DNA of 64,000 nucleotides from Fibrobacteria bacterium. Lineage in GTDB: Bacteria > Fibrobacterota > Chitinivibrionia > Chitinivibrionales > FEN-1185. Positions 50,001 to 60,550 of this stretch are shown piece after piece. Made by a program: the position numbers and the translations under genes. The first letter of the stretch is position 1. Every line of letters starts with the position of its first letter. The notes beneath the pieces are model-generated. The model saw nothing but the letters and a program-made list of their open reading frames with translations. It ran no database searches and was not told the origin of the DNA. The stretch lies in assembly GCA_037447435.1 (NCBI GenBank), contig JBBIGR010000006.1:1-64000 (forward strand), in the 5' to 3' direction.

Positions 50001-50132
50001 GCCACTATTTGTCCTTATTGATACGTGTGAAAGTATATTACTTCGTACTTGACAAAACCTGTGCCTTCTTCTATACTAAAGCATATGTGAATGCGGCCAT
50101 TTTTTTGCACGGCGATTAGCAATGAGCCCAAA

Positions 50133-53100
50133 ATGATTAAACAATGGTTTACGTCGGGTTTCGGACTTGCGGCACTTTTAGCATTGACCATGACGTGTTC
50201 GAATCCATCCTCCACATCAAATCCCGCATTATCCGTGATTTCTCCTGTAAAGGCATCAACCGTGGCTGCGGGCGATACGTGTTTGATAACATGGAATTAC
50301 GCGGGAACCGCCGATGCCGGCGTTATAATCGGCTTGTATAACGATACCGGACTTGTTTGCATTTTGGCAACCGGTTGTAAAAACAACGGGACATTTGCCT
50401 GGACCGTTAAATCGACCGTCCCTGCCGGCAATTCGTACCAGATTAAAATATCCGATGCATCCAACGCTTCAACTTTCGCCTACGGGCCGACCTTCTCCGT
50501 TGCAAATTCGATCGACGATTACGAACCCGACAACAATTCCGCAGCAGCAACACCGATAGACGTAAATGGAAATTTGCAGCATCATAGGATCGGCCCGGAC
50601 GCGGATTGGTTCTCATTTTCGGCAACAGCGTTAAAAACGTACTGCATCGGGATTCATGGATCCGTTATGCTGACGGTCAACCTTTATTCTTCCGATGCCG
50701 CGACGTCGATTCAGACCGGCAGCGTACCGTTGGAAAATCAACAACGGATATACTGGACATGCTCGACAAGCGGAAAATATTACTTTAAAATCACAAACTC
50801 CTATTCTCCTACCGAATACGATATCGACCTTCGTTCCGGAAACGGCATATTCTTCATCCAGAACCCGAATGCCTCGACCTCCATTATCCAAGGGAATAGT
50901 TATACCGTCCAATGGAAAAACTCTTCGAATATAACCGGGTTATTATCATTATATGCGTATCGAGGAGATTCCCTGATCGCAACAATCGCCTCCGAAATTA
51001 CAAATTATCTTCAATATAGCTGGCTTGTTCCCGCCGCCATGCCGGCGTCGTCGGAATACCGGCTTAAAATCATGAGCGACAAAGACTCGTCGGTTTTTGA
51101 ATACAGTGAAAAATTCTCCATCACGAAACCTGTTTACGGATTGTCAATTTTATATCCGACGTCATCGTCCCGTTACTCGTCCGGATCAACCGCCTCGATA
51201 CAATGGGGGTACTCTTATTCATCAGGCACGCTCGTAGGACTTTCATTGTTCGACAGTTCTACCTTTGTGTCGACGTTAAGTACCGGCTATTCACTTTCGT
51301 CCGGGTCTTTTTCATGGATAATCCCAAATGCCCTGCCGACTTCGAGCAAATACCGCATCAAAATGTTCATTATCGCAGACACGACCGTGTATGCCTGGAG
51401 CAACGATTTCTCGATCACCAAGGTCCCTTGTTCACTTTCGGTATATTCCCCGGCGATTGCCGCAAAATACAACTCGGGAACGTCGTGCCAAATATCCTGG
51501 TATTCGTCGGGGAACCTGGGATCGTATGCGTCGATTGACTTGTACGACAGCACGCGAAAAGTCGCAAATCTTAATGCATCGGCATATATTTCGAACGGAT
51601 ATTTTTACTGGACTATTCCCTTCTCCGTTCCGACATCATCGTCGTACAGAATAAAAATCACCAGCGTTACCGATACGGGCATTTATGCGTTCAGCAAATA
51701 TTTTTCGATCACGCAGCTACCTTCCGCATTTTCAATAACCAGTCCCACCGACACGACAAAATGGAACACGAACAGCAATTATGTAATCGGTTGGACCAAT
51801 ACCGGCGCAGCGGGACAATATATCTCGCTTAAATTATTCGACAGCACCTATTACGTATGCTCGATTGTTTCCAGTCAATACAATTCTTCGTCGACCGGAA
51901 CGTTGAACTGGCTTGTCCCCTATGCTTTGAATTCGTCTTCGAAATACAGAATCAAAATCAACGGCTCAACCGATACGACGAATTGCAATTTCAGTAAATA
52001 TTTTACCATTACCCATGTTCCGCCGGTATTGAAAGTAACCTTTCCCAAAAAAACCGATACTTTGGTTACGGGCACGTCATACAATATCAATTGGACCGCA
52101 GGCGGGTATCTGGGAACGTATGCAAAACTTGAGTTGTTCGACAGTACGAACCATTCGACATCACTCAATTCCAGCGTAATCGTATCATACTACACATCGT
52201 CATGGGTTGTACCGGTTGCAATGTTGCCGTCGACAAAATACCGCATCAAAATCACCAGCACGAGCGATACGACGGTCTATGCGTTTAGCGACACGTTCAC
52301 TATTGCCAAAGCTCCGACATCTTTAACTATTGTCAAACCCGACAGCCAGACGACCTGGACAAGCGGCATAACCAATACCATCAGCTGGACTTCTTCCGGT
52401 TACCTCGGCTCCTACGCACAAATTTCCCTGTACGACGGTACTGCTTTTAAATCGACGATCGCTTCTTCCACGTCGATATCGGCAAACTCCTATTCGTGGA
52501 CTATCCCGTTCGCCTGCCCGGCCTCATCAAATTACAGAATAAAAATAGCAAGCGTTATGGACTCAACGATTTATTGTATGAGCCGACCCTTTAGCGTTCT
52601 AAAAAATACCGCCACAACGACCATTGCGGTACCGAGCGCTGCATCGGTGTGGACTGCCGGAATGGTGTATGCCATAAACTGGACGAGTACGGCGAATTTT
52701 CCGGGCACCAATGTCTCGTTGACGCTATTCGATTCTACAAAGGAAAGTTACAGTATTTCGTTATCGACATTGCGTTCCACTAATTATTATTCTTGGCAAA
52801 TTCCGACGACCCTCGGTGGGAATAAATTCCGTATTCGCATTGCATCAACGTTCGACACAACCGCCAATTCCATGAGCGATTATTTTACCATAATACCCGT
52901 TCCGCCAAAAATTTCCTTCTCGGTGCCGAATTCCGCTACTTCCTGGTTTGTCGGATCATCGTATACGATATCCTGGGTTGCATCCGGAAAAGTCGGAGAC
53001 TCGTTGAATATCGACCTGTATGATTCGTTGACAAAATCCGCCACGATTACGACGGGAATAATTCCGTCGACGACACAATACTATTGGAATGTTCCGCCAG

Positions 53101-53531
53101 GTGTAACTGCCGGGAACAAATATCGGATAAAAATCTACAGCCCGACAATCGATTCGGCATTTGCATTCAGCGACTATTTTCTCATTGCAAACATTGATGA
53201 TGCCTATGAACCCGATGAAAGACCGTCTCAGGCAAAGCCGATAAAGGTCGGCGACCCTGCTCAATTGCATTCCTTGCCCGGCATGGACCAGGACTGGTTT
53301 AGTTTTGACGCGAAAACCCAAACAACGTATGTGATCGAAACAACGGGAAATTCCGATACGTATATAAATTTATACGACAGTACGGGAAGCACCTTTGTCG
53401 CATCCGATAATGGCAGCGGAACAGGGCTCAATGCAAAACTGACCTGGACTTGCCAGACAAGCGGAACCTATGATTTCATGGTCGGCGGGGTGTACGGAAG
53501 CACAAGTACCTATTACATTACCGTACGTTAA
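50133..53531 (+). CDS. Ser/Thr-rich surface lipoprotein with nine ~95-aa Ig-like repeats and two PPC-like domains
   Basis: Lipobox-like LTMTC; repeated P..G..Y.I.W..LYD..W.iP..YRIKI..S..F.I; DDxYEPD..DWF domains near both ends. Confidence 0.75.
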   Translation: MIKQWFTSGFGLAALLALTMTCSNPSSTSNPALSVISPVKASTVAAGDTCLITWNYAGTADAGVIIGLYNDTGLVCILATGCKNNGTFAWTVKSTVPAGNSYQIKISDASNASTFAYGPTFSVANSIDDYEPDNNSAAATPIDVNGNLQHHRIGPDADWFSFSATALKTYCIGIHGSVMLTVNLYSSDAATSIQTGSVPLENQQRIYWTCSTSGKYYFKITNSYSPTEYDIDLRSGNGIFFIQNPNASTSIIQGNSYTVQWKNSSNITGLLSLYAYRGDSLIATIASEITNYLQYSWLVPAAMPASSEYRLKIMSDKDSSVFEYSEKFSITKPVYGLSILYPTSSSRYSSGSTASIQWGYSYSSGTLVGLSLFDSSTFVSTLSTGYSLSSGSFSWIIPNALPTSSKYRIKMFIIADTTVYAWSNDFSITKVPCSLSVYSPAIAAKYNSGTSCQISWYSSGNLGSYASIDLYDSTRKVANLNASAYISNGYFYWTIPFSVPTSSSYRIKITSVTDTGIYAFSKYFSITQLPSAFSITSPTDTTKWNTNSNYVIGWTNTGAAGQYISLKLFDSTYYVCSIVSSQYNSSSTGTLNWLVPYALNSSSKYRIKINGSTDTTNCNFSKYFTITHVPPVLKVTFPKKTDTLVTGTSYNINWTAGGYLGTYAKLELFDSTNHSTSLNSSVIVSYYTSSWVVPVAMLPSTKYRIKITSTSDTTVYAFSDTFTIAKAPTSLTIVKPDSQTTWTSGITNTISWTSSGYLGSYAQISLYDGTAFKSTIASSTSISANSYSWTIPFACPASSNYRIKIASVMDSTIYCMSRPFSVLKNTATTTIAVPSAASVWTAGMVYAINWTSTANFPGTNVSLTLFDSTKESYSISLSTLRSTNYYSWQIPTTLGGNKFRIRIASTFDTTANSMSDYFTIIPVPPKISFSVPNSATSWFVGSSYTISWVASGKVGDSLNIDLYDSLTKSATITTGIIPSTTQYYWNVPPGVTAGNKYRIKIYSPTIDSAFAFSDYFLIANIDDAYEPDERPSQAKPIKVGDPAQLHSLPGMDQDWFSFDAKTQTTYVIETTGNSDTYINLYDSTGSTFVASDNGSGTGLNAKLTWTCQTSGTYDFMVGGVYGSTSTYYITVR

Positions 53532-54838
53532 AACGCAGGCCTATTGTCGAATACCCTTTTTGCTTTTCCTTCATACACGGGCAGCAGTCCGGGTTCATGC
53601 AATTCAATAACCGGATTAATTAAAATTTGGGATTTTATCGTTTCCTTTATTCTATGCCGCAGTTTTTCCAAATCGCGCATATCGTCTTGGAATAAATCGG
53701 AATTGATTTCGGTTTTGATGGTAACCCTGTCGAGCGAATCTTTTTTATCCACAAGAATTTGATAATTGGTCCCCATTTCAGGCATCTTCATGAGCGCCTC
53801 TTCGATTTGAGACGGGAAAACATTGACCCCGTTTATTATGAGCATATCATCGGTACGGGCCTTGATACGGTCGAGCCTGCGATGGGTACGTCCGCATGCG
53901 CACGGTTGCGGAATGATCCGCGAAAGATCGCGCGTCCGGTACCGTAAAATCGGCACCGCTTTACGTTTAAGGGTTGTGAAAACGATTTCGCCTTCGTCTC
54001 CGTCTTTCACCGGCTCCAGCGTAAGCGGGTCTATGATTTCAACGATATAGGAATCTTCCCATACGTGCATGCCGCATTTGTGAACGCATTCGAACGCAAC
54101 GCCGGGGCCGTTCATTTCGCTCAGGCCGTAGGAATTATACGCATCGATATTGAAAAGCCGTTCGATTTTCAAACGGGTATTTTCGGAATACGGCTCGGCG
54201 CCTAAAAACGCCTTGCGCAAGCGTAAATCGGACAACGCTATCCCCTCTTTGACCAATTCGGAATGGATATGCAGCATATAACTGGGTGTTGCGTGGACAA
54301 CCGTGGAGCCGAATTCCTTCATGAGCCAAAGTTGACGTTTCGTATTTCCCGCACTCACCGGAATAACGGTGAGGCCGGCGCGTTCGGCACCGTAATGCAA
54401 TCCGAGGCCGCCGGTAAAAAGTCCGTAGGTCATCATGTTCTGAAACACGTCCGATTTGACGCAACCGGTTGCAACAACCGAACGGGCAACCAAATCGGTC
54501 CAGGTGTCGATGTCTTTTTGCGTATGGTAAATTACCGTCGGGACCCCCGTCGTGCCGCTTGACATATGTACACGAACGACCTCGTCCATGGAAACGGCCA
54601 GGTGCCGCCGCGGATAAAAGTCGCGCAAATCGTTTTTAGCGGTAAACGGAATCCGCCGTATATCGAGCAGGCTTTTAATGTCGTGGCCGGAAAAGATTCC
54701 CGCACGATTCAACCGCTCCCGATTTCCGGGCGAATTAAGCGCATCGTCGACGCTTTGTTTCAACAGTTTCAATTGATGCAAAGCAAGCGACGGTTTATCT
54801 ATGGTTTCACAGCGTTTGTCCCAAAAATTAATTTCCAT
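53528..54838 (-). CDS. phenylacetate-CoA ligase-like protein (third paralog)
   Basis: [35 protein letters not shown]. Confidence 0.88.
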   Translation of the reverse strand: MEINFWDKRCETIDKPSLALHQLKLLKQSVDDALNSPGNRERLNRAGIFSGHDIKSLLDIRRIPFTAKNDLRDFYPRRHLAVSMDEVVRVHMSSGTTGVPTVIYHTQKDIDTWTDLVARSVVATGCVKSDVFQNMMTYGLFTGGLGLHYGAERAGLTVIPVSAGNTKRQLWLMKEFGSTVVHATPSYMLHIHSELVKEGIALSDLRLRKAFLGAEPYSENTRLKIERLFNIDAYNSYGLSEMNGPGVAFECVHKCGMHVWEDSYIVEIIDPLTLEPVKDGDEGEIVFTTLKRKAVPILRYRTRDLSRIIPQPCACGRTHRRLDRIKARTDDMLIINGVNVFPSQIEEALMKMPEMGTNYQILVDKKDSLDRVTIKTEINSDLFQDDMRDLEKLRHRIKETIKSQILINPVIELHEPGLLPVYEGKAKRVFDNRPAF

Positions 54839-54854
54839 ACGGTATTTCCGATCG

Positions 54855-55388
54855 TTATGATTCCCGGGCTTTTGTGCCGATGTTTTTGCCAAGATCAAAT
54901 GCTTCGATATTCTCTTTAAGAAATCGCTTCAATTTCCCCCGCAACGCCTGATGCCAAGCCTCCGACGGAATGGGCAGATACGCGCTCAAAATGCCGAGAT
55001 AGAACGTATTGACGAATCGTTTGTCGGCCGGTTGGGTCTTCGGGTCTTCCAAATACCCGACAAGGCTGACTCCGTCTTTTTTAAGGAACGAAGACATCCG
55101 CTTTCCTTCGCCCGTATGGAACGCGACCAGGTAATCGGCCTCGCCCGGGTTGATTAGCGGGGAATATATTTTTTCGCCGAACCGAAGATGCGACTCCACG
55201 GAACCGCCTCGTTGGGCCATTCCGTGCACTTCGGATTTTTTCACGTGATACCCGGCAATCATGGCCGCAATTCCGGCGATTTCCGATGCCGTAAGAACGC
55301 CCTGGCCGCCGGTACCGCAGAAAAAAACATTCCATATTTTTTTTTCGGCACCTTGTACATTGGATTTTTCCGTCTGAGTTGTATTCAT
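54855..55388 (-). CDS. iorB: indolepyruvate:ferredoxin oxidoreductase beta subunit
   Basis: GTGGQGVL, SEVHGMAQRGGSV. Confidence 0.88.
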   Translation of the reverse strand: MNTTQTEKSNVQGAEKKIWNVFFCGTGGQGVLTASEIAGIAAMIAGYHVKKSEVHGMAQRGGSVESHLRFGEKIYSPLINPGEADYLVAFHTGEGKRMSSFLKKDGVSLVGYLEDPKTQPADKRFVNTFYLGILSAYLPIPSEAWHQALRGKLKRFLKENIEAFDLGKNIGTKARES

Positions 55389-55399
55389 TTTCTTACCTT

Positions 55400-57112
55400 T
55401 CAATGTTTCTTCAAGGCATCGGTAGGACATACGTCGGCACATAAATAACATCCGGCACACAGCGAACCGTCGAGGATTACGGTACCGTTTTCGGCTTTGG
55501 TAAGCGCCGGGCAATCGATCGCAAAACACACGCCGCATGTTTTGCATTTTTCGGATTCGTATGAAGGCATCGCTCCCCTGTCGCGGTCTATCAATTTACA
55601 CGGCCGTCTCGCGATGATGACCGACAATGCATCATCGGTCAACCGTTTCTTGATGAGCGCGTCGAGTTCTTTGATGTTTTTCGGGTCTATGACATCGACG
55701 TTATCGGCGCCGCTTGCGGCGCAAATCGCCTCGAGGGACAATTGTTTCGTCTTTTCGTTCCTTATTGTCAAGCCATTGGCGGGATTGTTCTGGCCGCCCG
55801 TCATTGCAGTGGTCGAATTATCGAGAATAACGATAAGTCCTTTGACATTATTGTATGCTGCGTTGATAAGCCCGGTGATTCCGGAGTGGACAAAGGTCGA
55901 ATCGCCGAGCACGCCGACGAATTTCCCCGTCGGAATCACGCGCCTGAAGCCTTCGTGAAAAGTCACCGAAGCGCCCATGCAAACGCAGGAATGCAATGCC
56001 GACATCGGCGGCGTTGCCGCCAGCGTATAACATCCTATATCGCCGGTCACTATCGCTTTATTCTTTTTAAGCACCGAAAACACGAAGCGGTGCGGACAAC
56101 CGGGGCATAACACCGGCTTGCGCGCAGAGGACACCGGTTCGACTTTTATGCCGCCGTTACAAATAATCGACATATGCTCGGGCAAAAGTTCGCCGATGCG
56201 GAATGTTTCATGTTTGGCTTTAAAAGGCAACCCCAGGGTTTTCAAATGGTCTTCGATAATGGGATCGAGCTCCTCAACCACCACCAGTTCTTTCACGCTT
56301 TTTGCAAATTGCGTAATTTTATTGTCGCAAAACGGGAAAGTAAAGCCCAATTTCAGTACCGATGCATCGGGATACGTTTCCTTGATGTACTGATACGTCA
56401 CGCCGGAAGTAATGAAACCGAGATTTGGGCTGCCTTCATCTAATTTGTTAAGCGAGCTCGTTTCGGAATATTTTGAAAGGTCATGCAGCCTTTTTTCGAT
56501 GAGAATATGCTTCTGATAGGCGTTTTTGGGAACCATGACGTATTTGGGAATATTGATTGCAAACGGCTTTAGCGCGACTTCGTTTTTTTCGCCGATGGAA
56601 ACGGTTTCCTTGGTATGCGCGACGCGGGTCGTCATACGGAACAAAACCGGCGTGTCGAATTTCTCGCTTATGTCAAAAGCTTCCTTGATGAACACATATG
56701 CTTCGGCGGGACTCGACGGTTCGATAATCGGGATTTTCCCAAACATGCCCACCCATCGGGTGTCCTGTTCATTCTGTGAAGATGCCATTCCCGGATCGTC
56801 GCAAACGACGGCGACGAACCCGGCATTGATACCGGTATACGAAGCGGTCATCAGCGGATCCATCGCAACATTCAGTCCCACGTGTTTTGATGCGTACAGG
56901 CTTCTGCCGCCGGCAATTGCGGCGGCCAGAGCGATTTCGAAAGCCACCTTTTCGTTGACCGACCATTGCGCATCGATATCTTTGTATGCGGCAAGCGATT
57001 CGAGAATTTCGGTCGAGGGAGTTCCGGGATACGCGCAAGCGACCCGTAAACCGGCTTCCCAGGCACCGCGGGCTACTGCTTCGTCTCCGGATAATAAGGC
57101 TTTTGTTTGCAT
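55400..57112 (-). CDS. iorA: indolepyruvate:ferredoxin oxidoreductase alpha subunit
   Basis: AYPGTPSTE, KHVGLNVA, SSQNEQD, CPGCPH, GDIGCY, GDSTF; C-terminal 4Fe-4S cysteines. Confidence 0.92.
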   Translation of the reverse strand: MQTKALLSGDEAVARGAWEAGLRVACAYPGTPSTEILESLAAYKDIDAQWSVNEKVAFEIALAAAIAGGRSLYASKHVGLNVAMDPLMTASYTGINAGFVAVVCDDPGMASSQNEQDTRWVGMFGKIPIIEPSSPAEAYVFIKEAFDISEKFDTPVLFRMTTRVAHTKETVSIGEKNEVALKPFAINIPKYVMVPKNAYQKHILIEKRLHDLSKYSETSSLNKLDEGSPNLGFITSGVTYQYIKETYPDASVLKLGFTFPFCDNKITQFAKSVKELVVVEELDPIIEDHLKTLGLPFKAKHETFRIGELLPEHMSIICNGGIKVEPVSSARKPVLCPGCPHRFVFSVLKKNKAIVTGDIGCYTLAATPPMSALHSCVCMGASVTFHEGFRRVIPTGKFVGVLGDSTFVHSGITGLINAAYNNVKGLIVILDNSTTAMTGGQNNPANGLTIRNEKTKQLSLEAICAASGADNVDVIDPKNIKELDALIKKRLTDDALSVIIARRPCKLIDRDRGAMPSYESEKCKTCGVCFAIDCPALTKAENGTVILDGSLCAGCYLCADVCPTDALKKH

Positions 57113-57158
57113 AATTTTTATGTTTCCGTCGGTGATTAAATTGTACAGGTATCTTTGG

Positions 57159-57962
57159 TTAAGGAGCATTGCCGAGCAACAGTTCGGCATTCTTATAAAA
57201 TATCAGCTCTTTTTCCTCTAATGAAATAGGTAAACCGTCGAGCCATTGAATATCATCGGATTGGTCGTACCACGGCGAATCGGAGCCGAACAGGATTTTT
57301 TCCGCCCCCTGCTTTCTCATCATGCGTACGAAATCCTCCTTGGGCAGAAATTCCCTGACCGCTGCGGTGTCGAAAAACATGGACTTTACGGAAATCTTTT
57401 TTTCCACCTCGGCCCAAACCTGCCAACCGCCCATATGCGCCGCAACGATTTTTAACTTTGGAAAATTTTCCGCAATGGTAACGAGCGCTTCGGGCAACGC
57501 ATGGTCGCAGGTAAACGGTCCCGGGTCTTTACCCGCATGCAGAACAACGACCAATCCCGCGTCGGAAAGCGCTTCGTACATAGGGAAATTCTTTGGATCG
57601 TCGATGTAAAAATCCTGATATTCGGGATGCAATTTAATTCCCTTGATACCCATAGTTTTTATTCGTTGTACTTCGTCGGCGATTCCGGTCATTTCGGGAT
57701 GCAATGTTCCGAACGGTATGAGTTGGGGCGTCATAAGCGCGGTACAACCGTTATTGATGGTTTGCACCTGTGAAGGCTTGGTGGCTATCGGCAAAAGCAC
57801 CGATGTCGTCACACCGCTTGTACGCATGGATTGTAACAAACCGCCGCAGGTACCGTCGGTATAGGCCTTTGTACCTCCGGCAGCGTTTTCCATGAGAGCC
57901 GAAATTGCCCTGCTTGCAAGACTATCGGGAAATATATGCGTGTGAAAATCGATAATTTTCAT
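57159..57962 (-). CDS. amidohydrolase-family (TIM-barrel metal-dependent) protein
   Basis: DFHTH, GIKLHP, AHMGG, FGSDSPW. Confidence 0.85.
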   Translation of the reverse strand: MKIIDFHTHIFPDSLASRAISALMENAAGGTKAYTDGTCGGLLQSMRTSGVTTSVLLPIATKPSQVQTINNGCTALMTPQLIPFGTLHPEMTGIADEVQRIKTMGIKGIKLHPEYQDFYIDDPKNFPMYEALSDAGLVVVLHAGKDPGPFTCDHALPEALVTIAENFPKLKIVAAHMGGWQVWAEVEKKISVKSMFFDTAAVREFLPKEDFVRMMRKQGAEKILFGSDSPWYDQSDDIQWLDGLPISLEEKELIFYKNAELLLGNAP

Positions 57963-58013
57963 AGATTACAAAATTACTGCTCCGTCGTATGAAAAAAACA
58001 AAAATCCAATCTG

Positions 58014-60335
58014 TTAATCCCGTGTTTGAATTGCTTCGATATGGCCTATGGCGCCGGTTTGTATATTCGCCGCATTGCCTTCATCGGTATCGATATGCAT
58101 TGCCAGTTTAAAACCCGGATTGATACGGATCAGGACATCGCCGAAAATCAATTCGCGTTCGCCTTGCACGCGAACCCTGACTTTGAATTTGTCGCGCAAT
58201 CCGAATTTAAGCGCGTCTTCGGGTTGCATGTGAATATGACGGAGCGCGCAAATGACTCCTTTTGTCAAAACCACGGACCCTTTGGGGCCTTCGATGGTAA
58301 TGCCGGGAGTGTTCTCGATGCCGCCCGATTCGCGGATCGGAGGGTGAATGCCGAGTTTGAACTGTTCGGTCATGGCTATTTCCACCTGCGTTTCTTTACG
58401 GGTCGGTCCGAGGACACGTACCCGGTCGACACGGCCTTTAGGCCCGACAAGGGACACGGTTTCCTTGCACGCATATTGCCCCGTTTGAGACAGATCGTGC
58501 GCGGGAGTCAAGGAGTGGCCCGGCCCGAACAACAGTTCGACATGTTCTTGCGCCAAATGAACGTGATGTGCGGAAACTTCGATCGGTATTCCGGTATTTT
58601 TCTGGGTACTGATGATGTCCTCAATATACGTGGACTTGACGGTACGGATCGTTTCGCGCGCAATCATTCGTTCTTCGTCTGTGGGAACGACGAGTATTCT
58701 TGCCCGTGACGAATCGGTGGCGATATCGGTTATTGCGCCGAACCCGTCGGCAGCCTTGTTTTTGTGCTCATCGATTTCGATGCCCATTACCACCAGCCCC
58801 TGGCATGCGAGACTTCGGACGCCGGCACTGCCCTGGCCGATTCCGCCGGTAAATATGACCACATCGCAGCCGCCCATTGCAGCCAAGTACGAGCCGATGA
58901 ATTTGCGTATCTGATAGCAAAACGTCTTGTATGCCAACAGAGCGCGATGATGCCCTTGCTGGCTTGCCCGTTCCAATTCCCGCATATCGTTGGATATGCC
59001 GGAAATCCCCTTGAAACCGCTCTCATTGTTGATAAGCTTTTCGATTTGGTCAACCGTCATTTTTTCGGTTTTCATCAGGTGCACGAGAATGCTCGGGTCG
59101 ATATCGCCGCAACGCGTTCCCATAATGAGGCCTGCCGTCGGCGTAAAGCCCATGCTCGTATCCACCGACCGGCCGTGATCTATGGCGCAAATCGACGAAC
59201 CGTTGCCGAGATGACAAGAGATAATATTCAGACTGTTGAAAGAACGTTTTAAAAATTGCGCCGTTCTGAGCGCGACATACATATGCGATGTGCCGTGGAA
59301 ACCGTATCTGCGAAGTTTTTTCTGTTTGTAATACTCGTACGGCAATCCGTACATATACGCATACGGCGGCAGCGTATTGTGAAACCCGGTATCGAAAACA
59401 ACGACATGGGGAATATGAGGAAACAGGATTTGCGCTTCCTTGATTCCTATGATATGCACTTTATTATGTAAAGGAGCGAATGAGGAAGCCCGGTCTATTG
59501 CATCAATGACGTCCTGATTGACAAGGGTCGGGGCGCTCAAGGTGTCGCCGCCGTGAACGATCCGATGCCCGACGCCCGTGATTTCCTGCAGTTCGGGACT
59601 CATTCCGAACTCTTTTTGCCGCAATCCTTTGGCCATAGCCTGAAACGCTTCCCTGTGTCCCATGCCTTCCGGCTTTGGAACATCGATGCTTTTGCTGCCG
59701 ATTTTACAGGTATGCTTCACCGCATCGCTGCCGATTCGTTCTATCGAACCGCGAATAATTTTCATTTCGTCCGTCGAATCGAAAAGAGCGTATTTAAGCG
59801 ATGACGAACCGCAATTTATCACCAAAATCTTTGCCGGATGCTCGGTCTTAAGCCTTAATCCGTAGGGATCGTCGCTTTTTTCAATTGCCTCGGTGGCAAG
59901 AGTACTGACATTGGCCCATTGCGTTGTCCGTTCCGTTATTGTCCGGGATAAATATCGTATTGCCTGGGGATGTGAAATCAGGATGGAAGAAAAGAGATTT
60001 TGCGGAATCAGCAATGCTTCACACCGGGTTATACCGATGATGTTTGCAATCGTTTGATTGCCGGTCATAAGCGACATTTCGCCGAAAACATCGCCTGCTT
60101 CCAAAAGGCTCAGAGTGACTTTTTGTCCGTTATTATCGGTGACCGCTGCTTCGGCCTGCCCGGAAAGCAGCACGCCCATGAACCTTCCTTCTTCGCCGAA
60201 TTTGACCACAGCTTCTTTTCCTTCAAAAGTAATATCCTGCGAACCTTCAACAAGTTGCTGCAACTTATCTTGAGGAAATCCTTTGAATAATTCAACCTTT
60301 TCGATTAAAAATGTGAGCAATTCCTTCGTTTCCAC
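58014..60335 (-). CDS. ackA: fusion protein: cyclic-nucleotide-binding domain + acetate kinase + PduL phosphotransacylase
   Basis: N-terminal ..GDVFGEMSL..; INCGSSSLK, HRIVHGG, YGFHGTSH, HLGNG, MGTRCGD; C-terminal VSAHHVHL, RHIHM, MHIDTDEGNA. Confidence 0.9.
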   Translation of the reverse strand: METKELLTFLIEKVELFKGFPQDKLQQLVEGSQDITFEGKEAVVKFGEEGRFMGVLLSGQAEAAVTDNNGQKVTLSLLEAGDVFGEMSLMTGNQTIANIIGITRCEALLIPQNLFSSILISHPQAIRYLSRTITERTTQWANVSTLATEAIEKSDDPYGLRLKTEHPAKILVINCGSSSLKYALFDSTDEMKIIRGSIERIGSDAVKHTCKIGSKSIDVPKPEGMGHREAFQAMAKGLRQKEFGMSPELQEITGVGHRIVHGGDTLSAPTLVNQDVIDAIDRASSFAPLHNKVHIIGIKEAQILFPHIPHVVVFDTGFHNTLPPYAYMYGLPYEYYKQKKLRRYGFHGTSHMYVALRTAQFLKRSFNSLNIISCHLGNGSSICAIDHGRSVDTSMGFTPTAGLIMGTRCGDIDPSILVHLMKTEKMTVDQIEKLINNESGFKGISGISNDMRELERASQQGHHRALLAYKTFCYQIRKFIGSYLAAMGGCDVVIFTGGIGQGSAGVRSLACQGLVVMGIEIDEHKNKAADGFGAITDIATDSSRARILVVPTDEERMIARETIRTVKSTYIEDIISTQKNTGIPIEVSAHHVHLAQEHVELLFGPGHSLTPAHDLSQTGQYACKETVSLVGPKGRVDRVRVLGPTRKETQVEIAMTEQFKLGIHPPIRESGGIENTPGITIEGPKGSVVLTKGVICALRHIHMQPEDALKFGLRDKFKVRVRVQGERELIFGDVLIRINPGFKLAMHIDTDEGNAANIQTGAIGHIEAIQTRD

Positions 60336-60550
60336 ATGAACCCCTTTTTATATATAAAAAAAAATAGTTGACTATCTATTTATAGTACCTTAAAATGAAT
60401 CCATAAACAATAAAAATGCCTTCGAATCCAATCAAAGGCTTTTATGAACAAAAAAGCCTAACTTGTTGGACCATCAAATGTTATTTTAATAATTCTTTGG
60501 ATAAGATTAACAAAAATACACCATAGAATCATTAAACGAATAGCAATTTA

